From NCBI GenBank assembly GCA_965199495.1, contig CBDASK010000003.1, forward strand, positions 4,655,682 through 4,719,681: 64,000 nt of DNA. The letters run 5' to 3'. Below are positions 20,337 to 29,542 of this stretch, one piece after another; the stretch's first letter is position 1, and each line of letters starts with the position of its first letter. Source of the stretch: Abditibacterium sp. (lineage in GTDB: Bacteria; Armatimonadota; Abditibacteriia; Abditibacteriales; Abditibacteriaceae). Position numbers and translations under genes: made by a program. Below the pieces are notes generated by a model that was not told the DNA's origin, searched no databases, and saw nothing but the letters and a program-made list of their open reading frames with translations.

Positions 20337-21065
20337 CTAAGCCGGGCCGAAGCGCGTTTGACTATCGGGTGTGACTTCTTTCTGCGCGCGAATGTAGCCG
20401 CCGACGGCATCTATTAATTGAACGTCGGTGGCGCTACTCTGGGCACCGTTCCAGATATTGAAGTAACCCGCCGCGCCTTGCGCGAGCGAAACCGGCATCG
20501 CGGCGCGATAGTTTTTTTGATCATCCAACGCCTGCCCGCCGACTTGGATGCGCTCGACGCGCGCGCCGACGGCGCCGTTGGAATTAATCGTCGCGGTCAA
20601 TCCGGCGACCTGCAAGTAGGCGGGCGAAGCCGTCGGATAAACGCTGGCGGCGCGTTCCAAGGCCGCGCGCAGTTGGGCGCCCGTCAAAACAACCGCGACG
20701 ATTTTGTCTTCGCCAAACGCCAGAAGCGGCACGATGTCGGCGCGATCAATCGTCCCACTTTCGAGCGTGCCCGAACGTAAGGCACCCGCGTTAATCAGAG
20801 CCACGTCGGCCTTGCCGGTGGCTCTGATGGCGTCGGCGGCCAGGCGGCCAAAGGCGGTTTCGGATTTGTTGGGACGCAAGTTGGAAAATTCGCCGTTGGC
20901 CTTGCCCAGAGTTTGGCCGATGGCAACGTTAGCCGTTAAAGCTGTCGCCAAAAGCAGCGCTCCGAGGCTCGCCGCCAGCCGCAAAAAGCGGCGACGCGAG
21001 GGCGCGACGGCGCGCGAGGAACGGGTGCGACGCTGTCGAAGAGAAAGAATGGAGCGCAGTTTCAT
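20337..21065 (-). CDS. Exported stand-alone 5'-nucleotidase C-terminal domain protein
   Basis: ETAFGRLAADAIR, ADVALINAGALR, LTGAQLRAALE, YLQVAGL; twin-arginine-like leader SRRRFLRLAA; no metallophosphatase domain. Confidence 0.8.
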   Translation of the reverse strand: MKLRSILSLRQRRTRSSRAVAPSRRRFLRLAASLGALLLATALTANVAIGQTLGKANGEFSNLRPNKSETAFGRLAADAIRATGKADVALINAGALRSGTLESGTIDRADIVPLLAFGEDKIVAVVLTGAQLRAALERAASVYPTASPAYLQVAGLTATINSNGAVGARVERIQVGGQALDDQKNYRAAMPVSLAQGAAGYFNIWNGAQSSATDVQLIDAVGGYIRAQKEVTPDSQTRFGPA

Positions 21066-21268
21066 GGCGGTTCTTGAAATTAACCTCTACCAGACGCGTC
21101 AGATGACAATAAGTTCACACGCGTAATCTGGTTTGATACGTCCTGGCTTTGCTCGAATGCGCCAAATTCCCATTTTTCGCCCTTGATTTTCAATTTGTCG
21201 CCGATTTTTTGATAACCTGCTAACCCCGATTAGCGAACGCGTCGTTTAAATTCGGCTTCTTTTTCTTC

Positions 21269-22165
21269 ATGCAAGCGCAACTTTTAGATTTTCTGGCCGA
21301 TCCGCACGATGGCGGGCCGCTGACACTTCATCCGTTTGAAACGCACCTCGACAGCACGCGCGATGGCATTCTGCTCAATCCGCGTTCGGGCGATTGGTAT
21401 GTGGTTCAAGATGGCATTCCCACTCTCTTCGTGCGCGATTTGCGGCCCGATGACAGCGCCTTTAAAAAGCGCTACGAAAGTCAAATCCGCGCCCTCGGCG
21501 GCGAAATTGGCCCGGAAACGCGCGAGTTAAAAGGCGATTTCGCGCGCATCGAAAGCGAGCGTCTGGCGCGCGATGAACAGGCGCAGGATTACGATCAGAT
21601 GATCAGCATGAAAGCGTTGGCTCTGGTTGAAGTGCCCGCCTACAAACGCGCGATGAGCGAAGAAACCAGTTCGCCCCTCTTCGAGGCCGGTTGCGGAACG
21701 GGGCGCTTAACGCATATTTTCGCAGGTCTGGCTCCGGTCGTCGTGGCCGCCGATATGTCGCGCGATTCGATTGTGCGCAACCGCGCGCGTCATCACGGGC
21801 GCACGCGCAATCCCGTGCTTTACGTTCACTGCGACTTGACTCATTTACCGCTCAAAGATGCCGTTTTTGGCCGTTGCGCCAACGCGGGCGTCTACGAACA
21901 TATTCCTTCGCGCGAGTTGCGTTTGCAATTCATCCAACACGCGCGCCGCACCATGAAACCCGGCGGCACGCTGATGCTTTCGGCCTATCGTTATGGCGGA
22001 CTCACCAAGCGCTTCGAGAAAGAGGGCGAACACGAAGGCGGCATTCCGTTTTTCCGCTTCACGCCCGAAGAGTTAAAAGAAGAAGTCGGCACACAATTCA
22101 AAATCGAAAAATTTATCTCGAATCTGGGCATTTACATGTCTATGATCGTCGGTCGAGCGGAATAG
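21269..22165 (+). CDS. Class I SAM-dependent methyltransferase with N-terminal Trm112-like domain
   Basis: N-terminal LLDFLADP..GGPL...WYVVQDGIP; SAM motif FEAGCGTGRL; HCDLTHLPL; MKPGG. Confidence 0.8.
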   Translation: MQAQLLDFLADPHDGGPLTLHPFETHLDSTRDGILLNPRSGDWYVVQDGIPTLFVRDLRPDDSAFKKRYESQIRALGGEIGPETRELKGDFARIESERLARDEQAQDYDQMISMKALALVEVPAYKRAMSEETSSPLFEAGCGTGRLTHIFAGLAPVVVAADMSRDSIVRNRARHHGRTRNPVLYVHCDLTHLPLKDAVFGRCANAGVYEHIPSRELRLQFIQHARRTMKPGGTLMLSAYRYGGLTKRFEKEGEHEGGIPFFRFTPEELKEEVGTQFKIEKFISNLGIYMSMIVGRAE

Positions 22166-22222
22166 CGGGGCAAGGATGAAGGATAAATCTCTTCAATCCA
22201 CTTGTTAGCGACAATAACAGGA

Positions 22223-22387
22223 TTGCACTCGTCTGTCATTTCGAGTGAGGCACGAACCGAGAAATCTTTTGCCCGCGTGGCAACGCAAGTTTCGTTCACA
22301 TTTACGTTTAGAGAGCATCATTTCCGCAGGCGCGGGGCCGTAAGATTTCTCGGTTCGTGCCTCACTCGAAATGACAGGCGAGTGCAA
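22223..22387. repeat. Palindromic element of the GTCATT(T/C)CGAG...GAAATCT type (family B)
   Basis: ttgcactcgtctgtcatttcgagtgaggcacgaaccgagaaatctt with a near-perfect inverted copy at 22342-22387. Confidence 0.85.
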
Positions 22388-22422
22388 CTGCGAATCGCCT
22401 ATTTAGCCTTCAGCCTTTTCTC

Positions 22423-25077
22423 ATGCGTCGTATTTTTGCCGTTGCGTTTCCGCTTTTGCTCGCGTTTCTACTCGTTACGCGCGGCGCGGAATGGTGGAGC
22501 GAAAAATGGTGGTTCGCGGCGCTCGATCAAAGCGCGGCGTGGTGGACTTACACCAAATGGCGCGCGGGCCTCTTCGCCGTGGCTGGTGGTCTGTGGCTGG
22601 CGATTGTCGGGCTGAATCTGCGATTGGCGTGGCACCAATCGCTGGCGCTGCGCCAACCGTTGTCGTTGTTGGGCGGCGGACTGCAAAACATCGCGATTCA
22701 GCTTTCGCCCTCGCTACGCATGGGACGCCTGTTGCTGCGCATGACGGCCTGGGGCACGGCGTGGCTGGCGGCGGTTGCGGCGGCCAATCGGTTTGACGTG
22801 TGGGTTTTGCTGTTCGGTGGACTGCGCGACAGTTCGCAATTGGGATTTTTCCTCTATCGTCTGCCCGCGCTCGAATGGTTTTTCGGCTGGCTGGGCTTGG
22901 CGCTGGGTCTGACTTTCACCGGTTGTCTGGCGATTTATTTCTGGCTCGAAGCCATCGAAACGGGGCCGGGCGTGCTACAAGCCACGGCGGCGGCGCGGCG
23001 GCATTTGTCGTTTTTGGGCGCGCTGTTTATCGCGTGGAAAGGCGGCGATTGCGCGTTGGCGGTTTTGCGCGCGCCCGTCGTTTCCGGCGATTCGGCCAAC
23101 GGCATTCTGGGCGTGCCCGAACAACTTTTTGGCGTGCCCGCCGCTCAATTTTTCGCGTGGAGCGCCCTGCCCGTCGCGGCGATTTTGCTGTGGCTCGGCG
23201 CGCGCGACGAAGGCAAACGCGCTTTATTTCTGGGCACGATCTGGCTTATGTCGGCCATCGCCGTGCCGACGATGGCGCCGTCTTTCGCGCGCTCGCTGGG
23301 CATCGGCGACGAGGCGGCACAACACCAAATCGTTGCGGCACACATTGCAGCCACGCGCACGGCGTGGGGTTTCGCCGACGTTCAAACGATTGAGGTCGCG
23401 GGCCACAATAGCTTCTCGAAAACGACGTTGCCCGCGCCCGGTCAGCGCGCGCCCATCGCGCTGTGGCCACTCGATGACGCGCGCGATTCGTTGGATCAAA
23501 CTCTGGCTGGCAGCACGCTCAGCGCCGCGCGGTTGCACATCGGGCGCGACAAAAACGGTTTGGTTTTGCGCGCCATTGCCACACAGCGCGATTCGGTGGA
23601 CGCCGCGCCCGCGCGCGCATGGGAAGCGCCAGTTGACAAAACCGGCGCGTTGGGTTGGCAATCCGACCACGCGCTCGATTCGGTCACGCTGGCCGAAGCC
23701 GCGCCGACGCCCGAACCGTTCACCAACCGCGTCGGCCCGGCGCCAACCTCCGACTCAACGAGCGTCGAGCCGTTGCCGCGCTATCGGTTGACTTCGCAAT
23801 CGCGCTTTGCTCTCGAACGTTCGTCGCTGGGCGCGTGTCTGGTTTTGGCGGCGCGCTTTCTCGATTTTTCGCTGGCGACGCCGGGCTTGCCGGTGATGCT
23901 GCATCTCGATCCGGTCGAGCGCGCGCAAAACTTGGCGCCGTTCGTCAATTGGAGCGGCGCCGTGGCTCATCCGGTCGTGCTGGAAAGTGGCGTCGGGCCG
24001 CAGGTCAATTGGATCGTCGAAGGCAGTTTCACCGCGCGCACCTATCCCAATTCGGCGACGCTACCGGGCGGCGATTTGTGGGGCGGCATCAACTACGCGC
24101 GCCAGAACGTGACCGCCGTTTTCAACGGCACGACCGGCGAATCGCAACTTTATCTCTTCGACCGCAACGAACCTTTGGCGCGCATCTGGGATCGGGCGTT
24201 GCCGGGTTTGTTTGCGCCCATCGAAAAGATGAAACCGGAACTACGCGCCGCCATTCGCCCGGCGCCCGCGCAACTGAACGCGCTCACGCGCATTTACGCG
24301 CGCTATCATCCCGTCGCGGGCAAAAGCGCGAACGACGAGGCATTGAATTGGGAGAATCGCACAAGCGAATGGCGCCCAATTTTGGCGACCGACAAAGCGA
24401 TGACGTCCAATTGGAATGATGCGTTGTTACCAGAAAAAACGGGCGCGCCAACGCAATGGCAGTTGAGCGCCTTCGCTCCGGCGCGGGGCCGCGTTGACAC
24501 GGGCGACGGCGTGGCTGCACTGACCGGCATCGCGGGCGTCACGTTAGACGCGAGCGGCCATTGGCGCTGGCAAGCGTGGAATCCGGCCCAACCTTTGTCG
24601 TTGCCCAATTTCGTGACGCCCCCACAAAGCACCTACAGCAGCGAAACCGGATTGCGCTTCGTAGCGCCCACGCGCGTGGGCGTTTTCCCAACGTTCGACG
24701 CGACGGGCAAAGCCGATGGATTCACCGCTTTTCACGCGCAAATTCAAACCGCCAAAGACAACGCGCCCACGATATTGCGAGTTCAAGCCGCCACAACCGG
24801 CGCTTTGAATGCAACGTCAGCCGCAGAATTAACAACCGATTATTCGCTGGGCCGAGTGCGCGACCTGTGGAACGCGATTTTGGCGAGCCGTCGCCACTCC
24901 GATTGGGCCAAAGTCGCCCAACTCGAAACGCAACTCAATCACGTTTTGAACGCGCCAACGCCAAAACCGACCTCATCTATCGCACCGACGACACCAGCCA
25001 CGCCGACGATCAAGCCGACCGCAACGCCAACGATTACGCCGAATTCAACGCCAACCGCGCGACCCAAGCCCAATTGA
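22423..25077 (+). CDS. UPF0182-family membrane protein (divergent)
   Basis: EKWWF.ALD, LGFFLYRLP, IAATRTAWG, ERAQNLAPF, NYARQNV.AV..G.TG; N-terminal TM bundle; Pro/Thr tail. Confidence 0.7.
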   Translation: MRRIFAVAFPLLLAFLLVTRGAEWWSEKWWFAALDQSAAWWTYTKWRAGLFAVAGGLWLAIVGLNLRLAWHQSLALRQPLSLLGGGLQNIAIQLSPSLRMGRLLLRMTAWGTAWLAAVAAANRFDVWVLLFGGLRDSSQLGFFLYRLPALEWFFGWLGLALGLTFTGCLAIYFWLEAIETGPGVLQATAAARRHLSFLGALFIAWKGGDCALAVLRAPVVSGDSANGILGVPEQLFGVPAAQFFAWSALPVAAILLWLGARDEGKRALFLGTIWLMSAIAVPTMAPSFARSLGIGDEAAQHQIVAAHIAATRTAWGFADVQTIEVAGHNSFSKTTLPAPGQRAPIALWPLDDARDSLDQTLAGSTLSAARLHIGRDKNGLVLRAIATQRDSVDAAPARAWEAPVDKTGALGWQSDHALDSVTLAEAAPTPEPFTNRVGPAPTSDSTSVEPLPRYRLTSQSRFALERSSLGACLVLAARFLDFSLATPGLPVMLHLDPVERAQNLAPFVNWSGAVAHPVVLESGVGPQVNWIVEGSFTARTYPNSATLPGGDLWGGINYARQNVTAVFNGTTGESQLYLFDRNEPLARIWDRALPGLFAPIEKMKPELRAAIRPAPAQLNALTRIYARYHPVAGKSANDEALNWENRTSEWRPILATDKAMTSNWNDALLPEKTGAPTQWQLSAFAPARGRVDTGDGVAALTGIAGVTLDASGHWRWQAWNPAQPLSLPNFVTPPQSTYSSETGLRFVAPTRVGVFPTFDATGKADGFTAFHAQIQTAKDNAPTILRVQAATTGALNATSAAELTTDYSLGRVRDLWNAILASRRHSDWAKVAQLETQLNHVLNAPTPKPTSSIAPTTPATPTIKPTATPTITPNSTPTARPKPN

Positions 25078-25129
25078 GCGACTGCGTCGGAACGCGTTTA
25101 TCCCTCGAAACGTGTAAGCGAAACCTCTT

Positions 25130-25879
25130 ATGAACACCGAACAAGCCTCATTGCCCTCGCTGGAATGGCAGGAAAACGCCACGCCGCAAGAAATTCTGAA
25201 ATGGGCGACCCAAACTTATGGTTCAAAACTGACAATGGCGACCGCCTTTGGCGCCGAGGGCTGTATGCTGCTCGATATGCTCGCCAAACTGCGCGATGAA
25301 ACCGGTATTTTCCCCGACGTTTTCAATCTCGACACGCAATATCAATTCGGCCAAACGCTGAGTTTGAAAAAGCAAATCGAACGCAAATACGACATTCAAA
25401 TTCGCGTCGTCACACCCGACGACGGCATCATTGCCGCCGAAGCCAAATCGCAAAGCGAAGCGGGCCAGCCGTTGTATAAAACCGACCCCAATAATTGTTG
25501 TTACTGGCGCAAAGTCGTGCCGCTCGAAGGTGCCGTGGCTGGCTTCGACGCGTGGATTTCGGCGATTCGTCGCGACCAAACGCCGCAGCGCGCCGCAACG
25601 GCAATCATCGGCGCCGACCGCAAATTCGATTTGGTTAAAATCAACCCGCTCGCCAATTGGAGCAAAGAACAAGTCTGGAATTACATCCGCGAAAACGGCG
25701 TGCCGACGAATCCTCTACATAATCAGGGCTTTCCGTCCATTGGTTGTTGGCCCTGCACCAAACCGGTGCGCGAAGGCGAAGACGAACGCGCCGGACGCTG
25801 GAGCGGAACCGAGAAAAAAGAGTGCGGTCTGCACGTTCAAGACAACGGCAACGACGCGCGCCGCATGGCGTTGCATTAA
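25130..25879 (+). CDS. cysH: APS/PAPS reductase, Fe-S-binding (APS reductase) type
   Basis: NLDTQYQF, CC pair (NNCCYWRKV), KINPL, PSIGCWPCT, RAGRW, ECGLH. Confidence 0.92.
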   Translation: MNTEQASLPSLEWQENATPQEILKWATQTYGSKLTMATAFGAEGCMLLDMLAKLRDETGIFPDVFNLDTQYQFGQTLSLKKQIERKYDIQIRVVTPDDGIIAAEAKSQSEAGQPLYKTDPNNCCYWRKVVPLEGAVAGFDAWISAIRRDQTPQRAATAIIGADRKFDLVKINPLANWSKEQVWNYIRENGVPTNPLHNQGFPSIGCWPCTKPVREGEDERAGRWSGTEKKECGLHVQDNGNDARRMALH

Positions 25880-25888
25880 ACCATTTCT

Positions 25889-26383
25889 TTAGGCACTTCG
25901 AGAGAGAATGTCTCGGACGAGATATAATTCGGTATTCTTTTCTTTTGTCCAACCCAGAGAATCTGATTCAGGCCATTGGATATTCTTTTTGGAAAAATGG
26001 TAGCCCAAAAATTCTTCAAAGCTGTCTCCACAGGAAATATCGATAACGCCGCTGGCGAAGACCTTTCCCGTTGCAGAGATGGCGTAGGTAAAAATATCAT
26101 CCAGCGTGTAGGCAATAGGGAAAAGAATTTCATTAATTTCCCACTCCCATCTCAGCCACTCAAATTTGTCGTTACGCATCAAACTTTCTTCGGGGCTAAA
26201 GTGAAGATCGCCAAGAGTCAAGCCTCCATATTCTCGCAAGAGCATGACAGCGTTCGGAAAAATGTGACAACCGAAATCTCGTACGCCCATTTCCAACCAT
26301 TCGATAACTTGAGCATCATCCACGCGTCGGCTTGGGAACCAACCGGCATTGCGTAATCTTTCTTCAACTTCAGGCGTTATCAT
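25889..26383 (-). CDS. SUKH-3-like immunity protein
   Basis: LRNAGWFPSRRVD...FPNAVMLLREYGGL...LFPI pattern of SUKH-3 domains; AT-richer than its neighbours. Confidence 0.65.
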   Translation of the reverse strand: MITPEVEERLRNAGWFPSRRVDDAQVIEWLEMGVRDFGCHIFPNAVMLLREYGGLTLGDLHFSPEESLMRNDKFEWLRWEWEINEILFPIAYTLDDIFTYAISATGKVFASGVIDISCGDSFEEFLGYHFSKKNIQWPESDSLGWTKEKNTELYLVRDILSRSA

Positions 26384-26415
26384 AAGATTTGCGTTGAGTA
26401 GCTTTCAGTGCAAAT

Positions 26416-27297
26416 TTACTGCGTTTTCGCCGGGCTTTTGCCGCACGAACCGCCGCGCGAAACGTGATTGTTGCAGCCCTTGGCCAAACCACGCTCGTCG
26501 CGCAAACTGCGCAAATCGTCGCCGCTTACGTCAATGTGGCGGCCATCGCCCAGACGGACGCGCACGATTTCGGTGAACACGTTCACGTCCACCACGCGGC
26601 CTGGCCCTTCGGGGCTGTCAACGGGCGCGCCGGTTTTGGGCAAACGTTCGTTGGCGTCGCGATAAAAATCGACTTCGTAGCGCAAACAGCACATCAGGCG
26701 CCCGCAAACGCCCGAAATTTTCGAGGGCGTCAAAGACAAACGCTGTTCTTTGGCCAATTTCAAATTAACCGACGGCGTCGGCGACAGAAATGTCGAGCAA
26801 CAAAGCGGCTGACCGCACGGACCGCAACCGCCCAATTGCGCGGCGCTTTCGCGCGGGCCGAGATGCTGCAAATGCAACCGCGTCGCGAGTTGGCCCGACA
26901 AATCGCGCAATAATTCGCGAAAATCCACGCGGTCTTCGCTTTCGTAAAAAACGAACGTTTTGCTGCGGTCGAACAACACTTCGGCTTTGACGACCTTCAT
27001 CGGCAAACCATAATCGTTGACGCAAGCGCGCGCAATCAAGAGCGCGCGATTTTCCCACGCGCGATTTTCTTCGTCCAAAGCGATGTCGGCGGCATCAGCC
27101 ACGCGCTCGATGCTGCGAAGCGGCGGCACGACGCGCGTCTCGTCAATGTTGCGCGGCAGAAACTTGACCACGCCCATTTCCAAACCGCGCGCCGTTTCGG
27201 CCAGCACGCGCGAGCCGACGTGAACTTCATAATCGCGCGGATCTAAATAGTAGCTTTTAACCGGTTCTCGAAAAGTGCAAGTCGCAACCCAGGGCAT
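26416..27297 (-). CDS. ricT: PSP1-domain Fe-S protein RicT/YaaT
   Basis: RVDFRELLRDL, GG.GPCG.PLCC, KLAKEQ.LSL.P.KISG.CGRLMCCL.YE. Confidence 0.88.
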   Translation of the reverse strand: MPWVATCTFREPVKSYYLDPRDYEVHVGSRVLAETARGLEMGVVKFLPRNIDETRVVPPLRSIERVADAADIALDEENRAWENRALLIARACVNDYGLPMKVVKAEVLFDRSKTFVFYESEDRVDFRELLRDLSGQLATRLHLQHLGPRESAAQLGGCGPCGQPLCCSTFLSPTPSVNLKLAKEQRLSLTPSKISGVCGRLMCCLRYEVDFYRDANERLPKTGAPVDSPEGPGRVVDVNVFTEIVRVRLGDGRHIDVSGDDLRSLRDERGLAKGCNNHVSRGGSCGKSPAKTQ

Positions 27298-27347
27298 GAT
27301 AGGTCTAAGTTTGACAGGACGCGGAGGAGCAGAGTTTTCCAGCTACA

Positions 27348-27441
27348 CAAAACAGAACCCGGAGCGGAAGCGACGCGGCTAAGTATCAGTTCCAAAAGAC
27401 TTGAATTCAGCCGCGTCGCTTCCGCTCCGGGTTCCGTTTTG
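27348..27441. repeat. Palindromic REP-like element, family C copy 1
   Basis: caaaacagaacccggagcggaagcgacgcggct...agccgcgtcgcttccgctccgggttccgttttg. Confidence 0.85.
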
Positions 27442-27453
27442 CTCGCGGCAATT

Positions 27454-28467
27454 CTAATTCGCCGCCAAGCGTTTATCATACTGGCGCGCGTAATAATCTT
27501 TGTAATCGTCGCCGTCGCGAATCGCGCGCCACCAATCCTCGCGCGCTTGATACCATTCGACGGTTTCGCGCATCGCGTCGTCGAAGGTGTGGCGCGGCGC
27601 GTAACCCAAACTTTTGATTTTCTCGAAATTGAGAGCGTAACGCCGGTCGTGCCCGGCGCGGTCTTCGACGTGCTTGATTAAGTTGTCGGTTTTGCCGGTC
27701 AACTCCAAAATGCGCGCGACGATTTCGCGGTTATAACGCTCGTTGCCGCCGCCGACGTTGTAGGCTTCGCCGGGCGTGCCTTTTTCTCCGGCGATTAAAA
27801 TTCCCAGCGCGTGATCGAGGGCATAAATCCAGTCGCGGCGCTGCATTCCATCGCCGTAAATCGGCAACTGCTTGTCGTCCATCGCATTCGTCGTCATCAG
27901 GGGAATCAGCTTTTCGGGGAACTGAAACGGGCCAAACGTATTGGAGCCGCGCGTGATGATTACCGGCAAACCGTGCGAAATGAAATACGAACGCGCGATG
28001 AGTTCGCCGCCCGCTTTTGAAGCGGCATACGGGCTGCGCGGCGCCAATGGGTCGGTTTCGACCGAATGGCCGCTTTCGACATCGCCATAAACTTCGTCGG
28101 TCGAAACTTGAACGAAGCGCGAAACGCCGCGTTTCTTGGCTTCTTCGCACAGCGCGTAAACGCCGTAAACATCGGTTTGCACGAACGCGCCCGCCAATTC
28201 GGGGTCGCCCATCAGCGAGCGGTCAACGTGGCTTTCGGCGGCGAAGTTGAACACCATTTCGCAACCGTCCATCGCGCGCGAAACAGCCACGGCGTCGCAG
28301 ATGTCGCCTTGGACGAATTCGGCGCGCAAATCTTCCAAAGTTTCGCGCCGTCCGGCGTAGGTCAGTTTGTCGAGAACCACAACGTCCCAATCGGGCCGCT
28401 CGGCATTGACGAGACGCACAAAGTTGGACGCAATAAAACCGGCGCCGCCGGTCACTAAAATTTTCAT
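27454..28467 (-). CDS. rfbB: dTDP-glucose 4,6-dehydratase
   Basis: ILVTGGAGFI, DKLTYAG, FAAESHVDRS, VSTDEVYG, YAASK, FPEKLIP, GHDRRY. Confidence 0.95.
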   Translation of the reverse strand: MKILVTGGAGFIASNFVRLVNAERPDWDVVVLDKLTYAGRRETLEDLRAEFVQGDICDAVAVSRAMDGCEMVFNFAAESHVDRSLMGDPELAGAFVQTDVYGVYALCEEAKKRGVSRFVQVSTDEVYGDVESGHSVETDPLAPRSPYAASKAGGELIARSYFISHGLPVIITRGSNTFGPFQFPEKLIPLMTTNAMDDKQLPIYGDGMQRRDWIYALDHALGILIAGEKGTPGEAYNVGGGNERYNREIVARILELTGKTDNLIKHVEDRAGHDRRYALNFEKIKSLGYAPRHTFDDAMRETVEWYQAREDWWRAIRDGDDYKDYYARQYDKRLAAN

Positions 28468-28469
28468 CG

Positions 28470-29381
28470 TTAAAAATTTACTCGAAACGCAGCCACGTCG
28501 CTTTGCTCGCGGTGATTGTGAGTTATAAAATCCACGCCATTTTTGTCAATTTCCAAAACGCGCGAATAGGGGCCGTCGTAGAGTTCGGGACAATGCTGGA
28601 TGCGCAGCCAACGGCCATAGCCCCAACTGTCGGGACAATGAATTTGCCAGACGTTGCCACCGGCTTTGTAAGGCGGAAACAAATAATGATCGGGATGCAA
28701 ATGAACGTGGCCCGACATCCAAAACGTCGGCGCCTCGCGTTGCAACAGCGCGCGTTTCAAATCGCCCTGCGGTTCGACGCAACCAGTGCGGTCGTCGTAA
28801 TAGGTCATGTCCAAACGCGCGTTCAGCATCAACGGCGCGTGACAAAAGATGAAAAGCGGCGTGTCGTCTGCCGTGCGAATTTGCTTTGTTAGCCACTGCG
28901 ATTGTTCGTTACTCAAAGTTTCCTGCTTGGTTTCGCCGATGCCGTCGAGCGAACAAAAAACAAAGCGACCGAGGGGCGAATCGAAGGCGCGCCACAAATC
29001 TTTCAATCCATAAAATCGCCGGAATTTCTCGATATTGGCGCGTTGTTCGTGAATATCGGCGGAGTTCCAAATATCTCCGTAGAGGCCGGAATCCTCGTCG
29101 AATTCCTCAAAGTGAAATTCGTGATTACCCACGACCGGCGTATAAGGCTTATCCAGATTTTCGATAAATTCGCGCACGGCTTCATATTCGCGGTCGGTGG
29201 CGTAAGCCGAAACCATATCGCCCAGCAAAATGACGTAATCTACGCCATCGAGCAAAGCGCGATTGGCGGTGATAACTGCGCCCGCCGGCTTTGGCAAATG
29301 CAAATCGGTTAATGGCAAAATGCGCAAACGGTCGGCGTTTTCGGGCAGCGGCGAAGGAGCGGGTGAGACGGATTGAAACAT
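28470..29381 (-). CDS. Calcineurin-like metallophosphoesterase
   Basis: TDLH, LGDMV, GNHE, FCHAP, SGHVH. Confidence 0.88.
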   Translation of the reverse strand: MFQSVSPAPSPLPENADRLRILPLTDLHLPKPAGAVITANRALLDGVDYVILLGDMVSAYATDREYEAVREFIENLDKPYTPVVGNHEFHFEEFDEDSGLYGDIWNSADIHEQRANIEKFRRFYGLKDLWRAFDSPLGRFVFCSLDGIGETKQETLSNEQSQWLTKQIRTADDTPLFIFCHAPLMLNARLDMTYYDDRTGCVEPQGDLKRALLQREAPTFWMSGHVHLHPDHYLFPPYKAGGNVWQIHCPDSWGYGRWLRIQHCPELYDGPYSRVLEIDKNGVDFITHNHREQSDVAAFRVNF

Positions 29382-29407
29382 TTTTATACGACGAATTCTA
29401 TAATGAT

Positions 29408-29536
29408 TTTATTTCACACAAAGAACACGAAGTTCTCACCAAGAACACAAAGAGTTTGAAGAACAGTTACTTAATTCGCTCTCTTTTTCTCCTTTGGGTT
29501 CTTGGTGAGAACTTCGTGTTCTTTGTGTGAAATAAA
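29408..29536. repeat. Palindromic element with cacaaagaacac periodic arms (family A-like)
   Basis: tttatttcacacaaagaacacgaagttctcaccaagaac...gttcttggtgagaacttcgtgttctttgtgtgaaataaa. Confidence 0.85.
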
Positions 29537-29542
29537 CGTTGT

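Noticed and set aside
22582..22589. E. coli Chi site GCTGGTGG
   Set aside because: An isolated occurrence overlapping the CGTGGCTG octamer; not noticeably enriched
24950..25075. Pro/Thr-rich low-complexity repeat (similar Ala/Pro tracts at 35920-35980 and 63200-63380)
   Set aside because: Ordinary protein linkers with degenerate codons, not DNA-level repeats
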